Below the pieces are notes generated by a model. The model was not told where the DNA came from, searched no databases, and saw only the letters and a list, made by a program, of their open reading frames with translations. A DNA stretch of 63,702 nt, filler included, from Folioceros fuciformis (taxonomy: Eukaryota): the NCBI GenBank assembly GCA_049999805.1. It is 17 parts of 17 records of this genome, joined end to end, with 100 filler letters (N's around TTAATTAATTAA, not from the genome) between each part and the next. Parts side by side here need not be neighbours in the genome. Positions count along the whole stretch, not along the records: positions 18,864 to 26,280 come from JBNGIO010006505.1; positions 26,381 to 31,008 come from JBNGIO010006506.1; positions 31,109 to 33,372 come from JBNGIO010006508.1; positions 33,473 to 35,820 come from JBNGIO010006509.1; positions 35,921 to 37,472 come from JBNGIO010006510.1; 12 more parts are not named here. One strand, given 5' to 3'. The number at the start of each line of letters is the position of its first letter. Positions within the stretch are counted from its first letter, which is position 1. The position numbers and the translations under genes were made by a program. Of the stretch, positions 24,258-37,572 are shown in pieces.

Positions 24258-25402
24258 TGCATTCGTGCTGGCTGCCTTGAACGCAATATCCACTCTTCTT
24301 TCTCCCACCAGAAATCTATGCACCGCCTTATTTACCTCGATGGTCGCCACTGCAGGTTTCTTGTTAGCTCCTGCTGCCAGTCTCTGTGTCTCAATGCTGT
24401 CTACAACAGCCCATCTACCTGCCTACCCTTTTGTAAGGCATCCATGCTTCCTTAGGCCCTCAGAAGGCAAGCCAAAGTAACGTCACCAACCAAAATGAGG
24501 CCCTCGTGCCCCATTTGTTCATATACAACAAGTGCCTTCTGGCCGAGCCCTTGCTGAACATACCCGGCAATCAGGGCCGTCCATGTCACCAGATTCATAG
24601 TGTTCGTGCGTTCAAAAAGCTGGTGTGCTTCTTTCATCTCACCACATTTTGCATACCCAGATACGTGGGCATTCAATGTCACCACATCCTTTCTTGCGAG
24701 GCTATCAAAAACCTGGCGTGCATCTTTCAGGTCGCCACACTTTGCATACATGTCCCCCAGGCAGTTGCCAACGAACAAGTCAGCAGGAGTGCCACTCTAC
24801 AACACATCTAAATGCACTTTTCTGCCCGATTCCAAGTCTTCCGCTGGCCTGAAGGGCAGCAACAAAGACGTGACCATTCGCCTTCACTCCTGACCTCAGC
24901 ATCTCAGGGTAGAGACGAATGGCCTCCCTAAGTTTCCCGTGCTTAGCATGTGCAGAGATTATGGAAACCCATATGAAGACATTCGGTTTACCCACCCTGG
25001 TGAACACGTCCATGGCCTCCTGCAACCAACCTCTACATGCATACATGTGCAAGATATGGTTCCCCAAGCAAGCATTCGACTGGTACCCAAATTTGGTGGT
25101 GAGGTCATGTACTCGTCGCCCCGCAACCAAATCCTTCTTAGCTGTGCACACTTACAGCACAGTGCTAAACACATCCTCAAAAACAGCAGAGCCAGTTCGC
25201 GACAAGGCTCCAACAGGCTCAAAAATCTTCCCTGCTGACACAACACGCTCACGGTTTCAGCCGTCACGACGCCCTTTTCAGATCCTGCACGCCTGCCGGG
25301 TTCAAGCTTGTCCGGAAAGCCAGACTCAGAAGGAGTGGCTCCCGAACACATTTGCATATCCAATTTTTGCATGTGGTCGCTGAGGCGTGACGACTTCTGC
25401 AT
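24258..25402 (-). pseudogene. PLS-class PPR pseudogene with E2 and the start of a DYW:KP domain
   Basis: PPR motifs (DMYAKCGDLKDARQVFD, VTWTALIAGYVQQG) split by stops and frameshifts. Manual translation of about 24422-24258 gives AGRWAVVDSIETQRLAAGANKKPAVATIEVNKAVHRFLVGERRVDIAFKAASTNA, then similarity stops. Confidence 0.9.
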
Positions 25403-26188
25403 TCGTTGAACATTACAATACAACACGTTAAAATGTCCGCAGTACTGTATGTGCGTGGAGTTTCGCTTACAGCGCTGAACGGATTGTCATCATTTTTTCT
25501 ATCGTGTTCCTGCTGTTAGCTTATGTGTCCCTCTTGCCAGTTCATCAATGCGAAATAACATCCATAAATTTGAAATGGCCTAAAATAGCTACCACGTGAT
25601 GGGAACGGTAGGCCCCTTTTGCCCTCCAGCAAGAAGGTGGTACGCAACGGGGTTCAGGCACTGACGGGAAGTTGGCCTCTAGGCTCATAACACTAATACG
25701 TTCATACTGTAATTGAAAATTTAGCGTAACTAAGCCTCATTATTTCTTTCTATAAAATATATTTAAGTATAAATAATATTAGATCTATATTCATTAGCTT
25801 TTATTTTTGATAAGCAGATCCTTTGTGGACCCAACAGATGGTTGCATGTGCAAAAGTTCTACTAAGAGCACCCGCTCCATCCTCCCTTCCGAAGCATTTG
25901 ATAGCAAGTAGTCCAATAGAATCCGTGCTTTACACAAGCCCTCCATGTGTTTGCAAAATCTGCAATTATTCTTGACAAGCAAAAGAACATGATATTCAAG
26001 AGTAAGAGTAGAGCTGCAAGTGTCTAATTTAGTAGGAGGTAAATGACAAGAGAAAAGGGCGCCAAGCATACAATCTATTGAATATAAAAGAAGAGCCCTT
26101 CATTTATTGCAGGGTGTAGCTTAGCCTTCACAAACTAAAAGACATCACACCTAATAAGTAAAAATATCCAAGGTGGTCAAGACGCTAC

Positions 26189-26280
26189 TGACAGGTCCTT
26201 AGTCATCAAAAATTCAATGGTTAAGAACTTCGTTGACAGGTCCTTAGTCATCAAAAATTCAATGGTTAAGAACTTCGTTG
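26189..26280. repeat. 45-bp perfect tandem repeat running into the contig end
   Basis: TGACAGGTCCTTAGTCATCAAAAATTCAATGGTTAAGAACTTCGT at 26189 and 26234, plus 2 nt of a third unit. Confidence 0.95.
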
Positions 26281-26430
26281 NNNNNNNNNNNNNNNNNNNN
26301 NNNNNNNNNNNNNNNNNNNNNNNNTTAATTAATTAANNNNNNNNNNNNNNNNNNNNNNNNNNNNNNNNNNNNNNNNNNNNGTTCTCGTCGCTGCTCATGG
26401 AGAAATGGCGGGTATTGCCAATATGCGCAG

Positions 26431-29392
26431 GCTCCAACATCTTTCAACAGTCGAGGGATGTCGGTGCAAGCAAGTGGGGCGCACGCAGTTGAAGGAAGCT
26501 TCGGGTTGGCTGATCTTCCATCTCCAAGGATATGCAGCCGTGCCTTGACTCCCCCGTCGCGCGAGGATGATAAGGACGGGCACTTTGTGTTCCAGCTTGG
26601 GGAGAACATCACTTCTCGTTGTGAGCATCCTTGCTGTTCCTATGACTGATGCCTTGGGATGTGCGTTTTGTAAGTGTATTGGTTCATTGTGGCTCTTTGC
26701 CCAAGGTTTGAATAATTGCCAAGGTCACGTTTATAGTAGTTCGGTTTTATCGTTGCATGACAAATGTGGCCACCTTTCATGGAAATGCGGTGCGGTCCTT
26801 GTCTGCAGACAAAATTATCAGCAAATTAGGAGAAGGTATGACTCCCTCTCTGCTTTTTGCTTCCAAGCCTATCTGTAGTTTCCATTTTGTTTTTGTGCTG
26901 AAGGTTGGCAGTCGGTGGCTGAGGTCAGGTTTGATTGTTTGTCCGCTGGTACTGCATGTTTCATATGGCCCTTTGACATGGTCAAGCTTTGTTCGAGCAG
27001 GAACTTTTGGCCGCGTTTTGGAATGTTGGGATCGAGAGTGTCAAAAGTATGTTGCTGTCAAAGTTATTCGAAATGTTCAAAAGTACCGAGATGCAGCAAT
27101 GATCGAAATTGACGTGTTGCGCGTACTTGCCAAGCATGATACAAACGGCGCATGGTCGGGTGATGAAGTTTTAACTGTATTTTGCTCTGTATCATGCACA
27201 GCCTGGCTGTCCAGTTCAAAGTATCTGCAGGTTATTTTTTGGACTTCTGATCACGCGTAGGCATTGCATGGTTGTTGTCTTGTCCCACAGCCACTGTGTG
27301 CAGCTGAAAGACTGGTTTGACTTTCGGAACCATGTTTGCATTGTGAGTATCACTTTCACTACAGCTTACTTTCTGCAGGTCTCTCTTGTGTGTGTTGCAT
27401 GAGTGCAGCTCGGATTTATGATGGTAAAACCACGTCGTTTGATTTTGTCCGCGCTTGAACTTCAAGTATTAGGTATCAACCTGTCAGCGTGGCAATTCTT
27501 GTTTTGGTGTTTCTTCTTCCACACCTTGATTTGTTCCTCGTTATCATGATAGGTATGTGAGAAGCTGGGACCAAGTTTGTATGACTTTCTGCGAAAAAAC
27601 AATTATCGCTCCTTCTCCATTGATCTAGTTCGAGAGTTTGCTCGGCAACTTTTGGAGTCAGTTGCATGTATGAAGCATCTAACGTTACACTATTGGACTC
27701 TTGGCGCTTTGGCAGGCTTGTTCGACTGCTGAAGAGTGTGTATCATTACTGTCTTCAGTTATGTCCCAATGTGAACAGGCTCAGTGCCCTAATGTTTGTC
27801 GTCCGCCTGCAGATATGCATGAACTTTCTCTAATCCACACCGACCTGAAACCAGAGAACATCCTGTTGGTTTCTTCGGAATATATGAAAGTTCCAGACAA
27901 CAAGGTAGTGCATCTGACGTCTAAGATAATTTCTTGTGTTTGAAATGCCTAAACGATTTGAGCATAGTATGTTATCGAGAACAGCACTTGGCCATGTTGG
28001 TCAACAAATCCACGTTCAGATGGATATATGAACATATTTGGTAGACCAAACAGTCTGCTAGTATGAAGTGATTGGTTGGCAGCCAGTGACAGAAATAGAG
28101 CTTTTTGTTTAATGTTTTGTGCTGATGAGTAGTGGCGGTAGTTTTTCTTCTGTGGGCTTTGCAAGGTATTCATGTGTGTGTCCTGGAGATGTATTTGTCA
28201 GTCTTGAGTTTGGGACTTCTGAACAGGATCCTGTTGTTTTGTTCAGGGGCAGCAATTTTCCAAGTCTGGGAAGCAATTCAAACGAGTACCCAAGTCCACA
28301 GACATCAAACTAATTGACTTTGGGAGTGCTACCTTTGAAAGTCATTACCACTGCTCAGTTATATCCACAAGGCATTATCGGGCGCCTGAAGTCATCATGG
28401 GTGAGGCCGGCTTTCACATTTGTATCAAATGTTCATGTCTTCTGCCCTAAATTCTCTAGGCCTGTTATGTTGATTCGTAGTATTGTTTGTCAGGTCTTGG
28501 GTGGAGTTACCCTTGTGATCTCTGGAGTATAGGCTGTATCCTTGTGGAGCTCTGTTCGGTACGTTTTCAATCAGACTTAGTCACATGCCCTGCATGTAGG
28601 ACTTGTCAGTGGAATTCATTTGTTGGAGTTCAAAGCCCTGATTCCGTTTATCTTTTTCAGGGAGATGCCCTTTTCCAGACACATGAGAATCTAGAGCACC
28701 TGGCAATGATGGAACGAGTTTTGGGTGCTGTACCACCACAAATGGTGAAGAGGGCAGAGTAAGCTTTTCTTTTTGTAGAGCGGTGTAATGGGAGGGATGG
28801 GGTTACAACTTCTGGTGTAAGGTTATTGGTTAACATGATTTCGGTTATGTTGGATTGATGTTGCGGGTTCAACAAGCATTTGGTTATATGTGCTGTTGAC
28901 TCCTGTGTAGCCACGTTCCACCTGTAGGATCAGTATGTGGGTTTGAGTTGGTCTATACTCATTGCAAGGTCAGTGGTCATTTGACAATTCTCCACTTTCA
29001 GCCGCTGTGCTGAGAAGTATTTCAGGCATGGACATGAGCTAAACTGGCCAGAGGGCTCTTTCTCTCGAGAGAGTGTTCGAGCTGTGCGGAGGTTACCTCG
29101 GCTCAGGGTAGGTGCGGCTTTGTCATTGAATATTTGTGAGCTGGACTGGTTTTTGCTAAATTCCCCTTTTTGCTCCTCTTTGGTGCCCAGGAAATAGCTA
29201 ATTGAATAGATTATGTGACAGAATTTAATCATGCAGCATGTGGATCACTCGGCTGGGAGTCTCATCGACCTGCTTCAGGAGCTCTTCAAGTTTGACCCAG
29301 GTGAACGAATTTCTGCCAAGGATGCCCTTCGGCACCCCTTTTTCCGGGAGCACCTGAGAAAATACAATGCTGGAGGGAAAAAGCACGTATGA
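26431..29392 (+). CDS. LAMMER dual-specificity kinase (AFC/CLK family), at least 11 exons, 5' end probably off-contig
   Basis: Exons ~26431-26620, 26809-26835, 27001-27154, 27291-27342, 27553-27667, 27813-27904, 28247-28400, 28494-28558, 28661-28758, 29002-29107 and 29222-29392. Motifs [43 protein letters not shown]. Confidence 0.95.
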
Positions 29393-30589
29393 TACATTAC
29401 TCACATTTTGCATGGATTTGAATAGTGATTATGTTCTTTTAGTTGGTATTCTCCTGTGCGTGTTTTCAGTTGATATTCTGCCAATTGTGCTGTGCAGGGT
29501 GCACAGTGATGTTAAGTCTTTCCTTTGTTTTTAATGTCAAACTTGGCGTTGAAGCCGATGGCTTGTTGGATGTGCATAGAAACGGCTCCCAGATTATTGG
29601 AATGATGTGAAGACTGTTGACTGTGTAAGGAGTGAGCTCGAATAGTGAAAGGTGCCTCTAGAATATTTGCCGTAGGACTGCGCATTTGCCGGTATTACCC
29701 TGAGTGACATCGTTTTAAGACGAGCCATGCATGGGTGTAAGACGAGGGAGGAGAACTGTACAGAATTGGTTCAAAGAGGTCTCTGAAGACGTCTGAGATG
29801 CAGGAAGCCATGAGATGAGCGTCCAAGGTCAGAACGCGAGCGGTGCTAGGAGAGCCAATCAATGAGGATGAAGTGATTGGCAAACGAAGAGAATTGGGTC
29901 TTGTACGTAGCTCATCATTCCACTAACTCTGGTTTCTAATTGCAAATGCTGGCCTAGAAACTGAAGTTTATCAGGATAAAGGAAGATAGATGTTGTTTAC
30001 ACTTGAAAATGTCACTCTTACTTTGGATTCAGCATGTCCACGCACTTGTACAGCAAACATGCTAAACATTGTACTTGGACAGACTCAGATTGTGAGCCGA
30101 TACTGCCCACCTGAAAAAGGTACTCCCTTCAATTGCTTGGTAGCTACGGGAGTGTCTATTTGATACTCATGTTTACGTGAGATTTGAGATGTAGGGTGTA
30201 GCCTTTCAGGATATTGAGTAGACCATGTAAGTGAACCCTCATGCCTTTGCCTCTTAACGAATGCGCTACACACATGCAGTTGAAGAGTCTCTCTCATGCA
30301 CGCACGTACTCAGATCTTTTGTAAGGAAATTAAGGAAAACAAAGGCAAACCTACTTAGAGCTTTTGTACTGGAAGTGAGGAAACAGCATGCATGGCTGTC
30401 CTGCTCTCCACTAATCTAAAGGAGGCATGTAGAGGAAAAATCTCATTTTCAACCCTAATTTGTGCATCTGAAAGTAGTAAGCAAGAGAACCTCATATTGA
30501 CAAAGAGTTAGAGATTTTCATGGTCCATTGAATAGTCCAAAGTTGCTCCTTACACAACTTCATTTAGATTCATGTGAAGTGGACCTACC

Positions 30590-31008
30590 TATTTATTTAT
30601 TTATTTATCAATAGGTATATGTAGTCGTGAGGCTATTACGTCGGAACGCGAATCAAAAACATGATTGAATGGACAAAAACATGATTGAATGGACACTTTT
30701 GGGAAAGCACAAAAGAAAGAGGATTGAAGCAAACAAAATAGCAAATCTAGATAGCTATGTTAATAACCTAAGTTAAGTAATCGCCTTGAGGTAAGAGAGA
30801 AGTTTTTCCCTGAGTTCAATTGAGAACACTAAGAAGTTGGCGGATATCGTAGTAAGAGCCTTGAAACATCTGGATCCAAGTATTGCGAGTGGCCATACAC
30901 TGGCCAAGGATGTGGTGACGAGTTTCTTCTGAAGACCTGCATTTCCGACAAAAAGGATCCTCTACAATGTTGAATCTCCTAAAGTAAGCCCCAATAGCCA
31001 TATGCCCA
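30590..31008 (-). mobile_element. 3' end of a non-LTR retrotransposon (LINE) with CCHC zinc finger and (TAAA)n tail
   Basis: Minus-strand GHMAIGAYFRRF...DPFCRKC...ETRHHILGQC matches the C-terminal zinc finger of LINE ORF2. A (TAAA) tract lies at 30590-30608 and a 20-bp duplication at about 30654-30693. Confidence 0.75.
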
Positions 31009-31108
31009 NNNNNNNNNNNNNNNNNNNNNNNNNNNNNNNNNNNNNNNNNNNNTTAATTAATTAANNNNNNNNNNNNNNNNNNNNNNNNNNNNNNNNNNNN
31101 NNNNNNNN

Positions 31109-33372
31109 GGCGTGCTCAAGGTGGCAATCGCCCACCTTACAAACCAGGCTCTCCTCGCCCTGCATGGTCAGCCTCCAAGTCCAACAATGCCAAGCGAGGT
31201 CCTTGCACATGGTGCAGGATCCCAGGGCATGTGGAATCTGAATGCCGTAAGAAGCAGAATGGTGAACCCAAGCGAGAAGCTCCTCCATCTGCTCATGTAT
31301 CTTCAAAGAAAAGTACAGGGGCCATCCTCACAGTGTGTATGGTCTCTTCTTCTCAAGACAGACATGCCTGGTATCTAGATTCAGTTGCCACCACGCATGT
31401 CTGCAACACTCGCACAGCCTTTACCACTTTCAAGTCTTCTCCCAAGGGACACTTCGTTCTTTTAGGTGATGATAGTGGGCTATGCATTGAGGGCACTGGC
31501 ACAGTTGTCCTTCACCCTGCACAAGGCAAAACCATCACTCTGTTAGACGTCATCTTTGTCCCACAGATGGCCAAAAATTTGGTGTCTCTAAGACGCCTGT
31601 CTCCTCCTCTGCTTACCCTGGAGATGACAACTGATGGTCTTGCTCTGCGGGAGGCTGCTGCACCACACCAGTTATTGGTCACATGTACTCTCAAAAATGA
31701 CTTATATCAGCTCAACTTGAAGAGCAACCCCATCCAGCAGCTGAAGGCACCAGCTGCTCATGCAACAGCCATTAGCTCTCCTAGTGAGACACAACTGTGG
31801 CACTGCCGACTGGGACATGTTCACATTCAACGTCTCCGGACTCTGCCTGCTTCATCCTTGTACAAGACACCTCTTCACTTCAAGTCAGAGACTTCCATCT
31901 TTTGTGAAGCCTGCATACAAGGGAAGCATCATAAGGCTCCACATCCCAGTCAAGATGCAACGAGAGCTACTCAGTTACTTCAAACAGTGCACACTGATCT
32001 TTGTGGCCCCATGTCCACACCTTCCCTCAGTGGTGCCCTCTACTTCATGCATCTCATTGATGACTGGAGTCGCTTTACAGTCACTTACTTTCTCAAGCGC
32101 AAGAGTGAAGCTTTCTCTTGTTTTCTGCTGTACCTCTCGTATGCCCAGCGCTTTACAGGTCAGAAATTGAAATGCTTGAGAAGTGACAATGGCGGGGAGT
32201 TTACCTCAGGAGAATTCACCGACTTTTGCTCACGGGAGGGTATTCTACGGCAACTTACCGTTCCCTACGAGCATGAACAAAACCCTCTACCTGAGAACAA
32301 AAACAAGGTCACCCAAGCTGCTGCCAAATCTATGCTGCATCTTGCCAGGCTTCCCCGGTGCTTCTGGGCAGAAGCTGTTGCCACAGCCGTCTACATTCAA
32401 AACAAGCTACCCACTCGTGCCTTTGCTGACGCCACACCCTTTGAGAGATGGACTGGTGTCAAACCTCGAGTGGACCATTTGCGGATCTGGGGCTGCCCAG
32501 CATATGCCCATACACCTGATGAAGTCAGACGCAAGATGGACTTCAAGGCAACCAAACATCTGTTCATTGGTTATACAGAGGGCATCAAAGGCTACAAACT
32601 CTATGACCCCCTGAATCGTCGTTTCCTGCATGCCAGAAATGTGATCTTTGATGAGTAGTTTCTTCTGCAAGCCTCAGAAAAGAGCAGAGACGTACCTGGC
32701 CTGGAACGCCTCACAACTGATGAACAAGATGCATCTTCAACACATGATGAGCACTTGGTTACCTCTCAGCCAGCACACTCTGCCACTGAACAGCCTGCTG
32801 CTGCCTTCCCGGAAGATGAACCTGACCTCACTGCTGATGACTCTACCTCGGAGACAAGCGACCAGGACAACAAGCCTCAGCATGAGGAATATGACAATGA
32901 GACTGACAACAGTCCCCCACATTCTCCTCCATCTGAAACTGAGGAGAACCAGGAGCAGCCTCACTCCCAGGCTGCTGAAGAAGTGGTTCAAGCACCGCAG
33001 GAACCCAGGAGATCTGCAAGGACACATACAACGGATCCAAGTCAGTGGACTCACAAACCGCTAAGCTATGAACTGGATGAGGAGCATCGAAGAAAACATG
33101 CAAACCTCGCATCCAGCTCAGATGCCCCTGGAGCTCAGGACTTGCACATACCTCGTAATTATGTTGCATGCGCCCTGATGGCAGCCCAGGACCTCGGAGA
33201 ACCTGCCACACTGAAGGAAGCATTGTCCTCTCCAGAAGGTAAGCTCTGGAAGGTGGGTATAGACTCTGAATATCAGTCTCTCATCGACAACCAAACTTGG
33301 GAGCTGGTAGACCTGCCTCCAGGACGCAAACCACTCACAGGAAAGTGGGTGTTCAAGAAGAAGTTGAACCCC
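31109..33372 (+). mobile_element. Ty1/copia internal fragment (zinc knuckle to RT start), damaged copy
   Basis: CTWCRIPGHVESEC, WYLDSVA (G to V), HTDLCGP, RSDNGGEF, NQTWELVDLP. TAG at 32656 where the sister copy has CAG. Confidence 0.95.
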
Positions 33373-33472
33373 NNNNNNNNNNNNNNNNNNNNNNNNNNNN
33401 NNNNNNNNNNNNNNNNTTAATTAATTAANNNNNNNNNNNNNNNNNNNNNNNNNNNNNNNNNNNNNNNNNNNN

Positions 33473-35820
33473 AGGCCACTCATACTCGTGGTCGTGGAGC
33501 CTCCTCCAGCAATCCTGCATGAGCCATGTTCGTTTCTCGAGGACGAGGACGGCGTGCTCAAGGTGGCAATCGCCCACCTTACAAACCAGGCTCTCCTCGC
33601 CCTGCATGGTCAGCCTCCAAGTCCAACAATGCCAAGCGAGGTCCTTGCACATGGTGCAGGATCCCAGGGCATGTGGAATCTGAATGCCGTAAGAAGCAGA
33701 ATGGTGAACCCAAGCGAGAAGCTCCTCCATCTGCTCATGTATCTTCAAAGAAAAGTACAGGGGCCATCCTCACAGTGTGTATGGTCTCTTCTTCTCAAGA
33801 CAGACATGCCTGGTATCTAGATTCAGGTGCCACCACGCATGTCTGCAACACTCGCACAGCCTTTACCACTTTCAAGTCTTCTCCCAAGGGACACTTCGTT
33901 CTTTTAGGTGATGACAGTGGGCTATGCATTGAGGGCACTGGCACAGTTGTCCTTCACCCTGCACAAGGCAAAACCATCACTCTGTTAGACGTCATCTTTG
34001 TCCCACAGATGGCCAAAAATTTGGTGTCTCTAAGACGCCTGTCTCCTCCTCTGCTTACCCTGGAGATGACAACTGATGGTCTTGCTCTGCGGGAGGCTGC
34101 TGCACCACACCAGTTATTGGTCACATGTACTCTCAAAAATGACTTATATCAGCTCAACTTGAAGAGCAACCCCATCCAGCAGCTGAAGGCACCAGCTGCT
34201 CATGCAACAGCCATTAGCTCTCCTAGTGAGACACAACTGTGGCACTGCCGACTGGGACATGTTCACATTCAACGTCTCCGGACTCTGCCTGCTTCATCCT
34301 TGTACAGGACACCTCTTCACTTCAAGTCAGAGACTTCCATCTTTTGTGAAGCCTGCATACAAGGGAAGCATCATAAGGCTCCACATCCCAGTCAAGATGC
34401 AACGAGAGCTACTCAGTTACTTCAAACAGTGCACACTGATCTTTGTGGCCCCATGTCCACACCTTCCCTCAGTGGTGCCCTCTACTTCATGCATCTCATT
34501 GATGACTGGAGTCGCTTTACAGTCACTTACTTTCTCAAGCGCAAGAGTGAAGCTTTCTCTTGTTTTCTGCTGTACCTCTCGTATGCCCAGCGCTTTACAG
34601 GTCAGAAATTGAAATGCTTGAGAAGTGACAATGGCGGGGAGTTTACCTCAGGAGAATTCACCGACTTTTGCTCACGGGAGGGTATTCTACGGCAACTTAC
34701 CGTTCCCTACGAGCATGAACAAAACCCTCTGCCTGAGAACAAAAACAAGGTCACCCAAGCTGCTGCCAAATCTATGCTGCATCTTGCCAGGCTTCCCCGG
34801 TGCTTCTGGGCAGAAGCTGTTGCCACAGCCGTCTACATTCAAAACAGGCTACCCACTCGTGCCTTTGCTGACGCCACACCCTTTGAGAGATGGACTGGTG
34901 TCAAACCTCGAGTGGACCACTTGCGGATCTGGGGCTGCCCAGCATATGCCCATACACCTGATGAAGTCAGACGCAAGATGGACTTCAAGGCAACCAAACA
35001 TCTGTTCATTGGTTATACAGAGGGCATCAAAGGCTACAAACTCTATGACCCCCTGAATCGTCGTTTCCTGCATGCCAGAAATGTTATCTTTGATGAGCAG
35101 TTTCTTCTGCAAGCCTCAGAAAAGAGCAGAGACGTACCTGGCCTGGAACGCCTCACAACTGATGAACAAGATGCATCTTCAACACATGATGAGCACTTGG
35201 TTACCTCTCAGCCAGCACACTCTGCCGCTGAACAGCCTGCTGCTGCCTTCCCGGAAGATGAACCTGACCTCACTGCTGATGACTCTACCTCGGAGACAAG
35301 CGACCAGGACAACAAGCCTCAGCATGAGGAATATGACAATGAGACCGACAACAGTCCCCCACATTCTCCTCCATCTGAAACTGAGGAGAACCAGGAGCAG
35401 CCTCACTCCCAGGCTGCTGAAGAAGTGGTTCAAGCACCGCAGGAACCCAGGAGATCTGCAAGGACACATACAACGGATCCAAGTCAGTGGACTCACAAAC
35501 CGCTAAGCTATGAACTGGATGAGGAGCATCGAAGAAAACATGCAAACCTCGCATCCAGCTCAGATGCCCCTGGAGCTCAGGACTTGCACATACCTCGTAA
35601 TTATGTTGCATGCGCCCTGATGGCAGCCCAGGACCTCGGAGAACCTGCCACACTGAAGGAAGCATTGTCCTCTCCAGAAGGTAAGCTCTGGAAGGTGGGT
35701 ATAGACTCTGAATATCAGTCTCTCATCGACAACCAAACTTGGGAGCTGGTAGACCTGCCTCCAGGACGCAAAACACTCACAGGAAAGTGGGTGTTCAAGA
35801 AGAAGTTGAACCCCGATGGG
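33473..35820 (+). mobile_element. Ty1/copia internal fragment, near-identical sister of 31109-33372
   Basis: Open from 33526 to the contig end (protease DSGA, integrase, RT start KWVFKKKLNPDG). One upstream in-frame TGA in gag at 33520-33522. Confidence 0.95.
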
Positions 35821-37572
35821 NNNNNNNNNNNNNNNNNNNNNNNNNNNNNNNNNNNNNNNNNNNNTTAATTAATTAANNNNNNNNNNNNNNNNNNNNNNNN
35901 NNNNNNNNNNNNNNNNNNNNAGGGGGGGAGCAAGCGCGAATTGTTTGTGGAGGATGGGGGAAGGAACTGCATAGCCATGGAGGGAGGCAGGCATTAGGTG
36001 ACTTTGGATGTGGAACTTGGTATGTGAAGGGATGGGGGCTAGAGGTAGAGTGTTAGGAGAGCGGCAAGTGTGTCAGATTGTGTGAGAAACACTATGTGCA
36101 TAGATAAGGGCTAGAAGCCTGAACCCAAAATCTGTGTGTGCTTCCGCTTAGCAGCAGTGGGGGCAGTACAGCAGGTAGCCCGGCATTGTGGGACAACCAG
36201 CAGAAAATTGGCACTTGCAATTCGAGCATGGGAAGGTCGCGTGCGTGCCTTATGCGCCCCTTATGCCTTATCCGTTTGGGCTCACCAGGGCGGACAACAA
36301 TGTAGCCGCACTCCTGTGCACCGTCAATTGTCCAAGAAATGATATTAGTAGCGAGGCCCACGCGAGGAGGGGAGGGGTGAAGAAGCTAGTGCTCTGGAGG
36401 TGTCTAGGAAGCGAAGGAGAGCCCTTTGGATGTACTATGTGTTCCTTTTTTCTCAGTGTGAAAAAACACCTTGAACTTGTTCACAATAGATCCTGGAGGC
36501 CGCAAAGGGTGCGGATGATGAAGGACCTTGGCTTGGAGAGGGAGCACCATGACTGCCATGACCTGTGGAGACTTTGTGCCAAAGCTTCAACATGAAACAA
36601 CCATGACAACATTGATGGAATGCCTAGATGTCAGTTGGCAAATTATGAACTAGCACCACAACTTTTAATCCACTCTCAAAGTACTGCCCTATTCCATGGA
36701 CGAAAGTATGCAGAGTGCCAGTGCACAAGATCTAGTGCCAATGTATGCACGAATGCACCACAAGCAAAGTTGACACGTCACACAACAACCATTTTGACCG
36801 CTACCTCACCATCAAATTGAGAGGATCCGGACCCTGCCACAAAGTGTCCCTGCCAGTAGTTGATCCTCGCATACACACAATACCACCAAGCCCGCCTCAT
36901 CATAGCATCCTTTAGCTCACTTTCCGTGAAATGCACTCTTGTGTGAAGCTCCCGCCATCGAAGGAAATGCATGTTGCACCGACCATGACTACCGCCATCC
37001 CACCACCTGACTGACGCATATGTACAACGGGCATAGCCAGCTTGCATTGCATGTCTCTCAGGCGTAAGGCAGCTTGCTTGATCATTTGCGCCATCCTAAG
37101 CCCCACCCAAGACACATTTGTCATCGTGGTGACCTTACCAATCTTGCATACACTTGGACATGAAAAAGTTGCAGTGAGAAACCCCTAAGCCAGTAATGTG
37201 AGTTGCAACAACAACAGCCATGACCTCTGACGTGTATTGCAAAAACCCACCACAGGAACTGCAGTCGACATAAGCAAATGTGTTGCAGGTGCAAAGTCCA
37301 TTCGTGGCTTGCATCGGGAGGCCTTAGGGGCTTTCTATATGCACCACCAAAGCAGAGCCTAGCAGCCCAGAGCCAGCAAGAAACACACAAACAATAAGGC
37401 CTGGACAACATTGTTCAGCCTATATCTTTGTGACTCGTTTTTTGCGAGGCTGTCAGTGACGGAGGTGGAGGGNNNNNNNNNNNNNNNNNNNNNNNNNNNN
37501 NNNNNNNNNNNNNNNNTTAATTAATTAANNNNNNNNNNNNNNNNNNNNNNNNNNNNNNNNNNNNNNNNNNNN

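Noticed and set aside
35921-37472. Possible decayed spliced gene in contig 8
   Set aside because: A frame near 36490-36640 looks coding if TGA is read as CGA, but I cannot assign a family.
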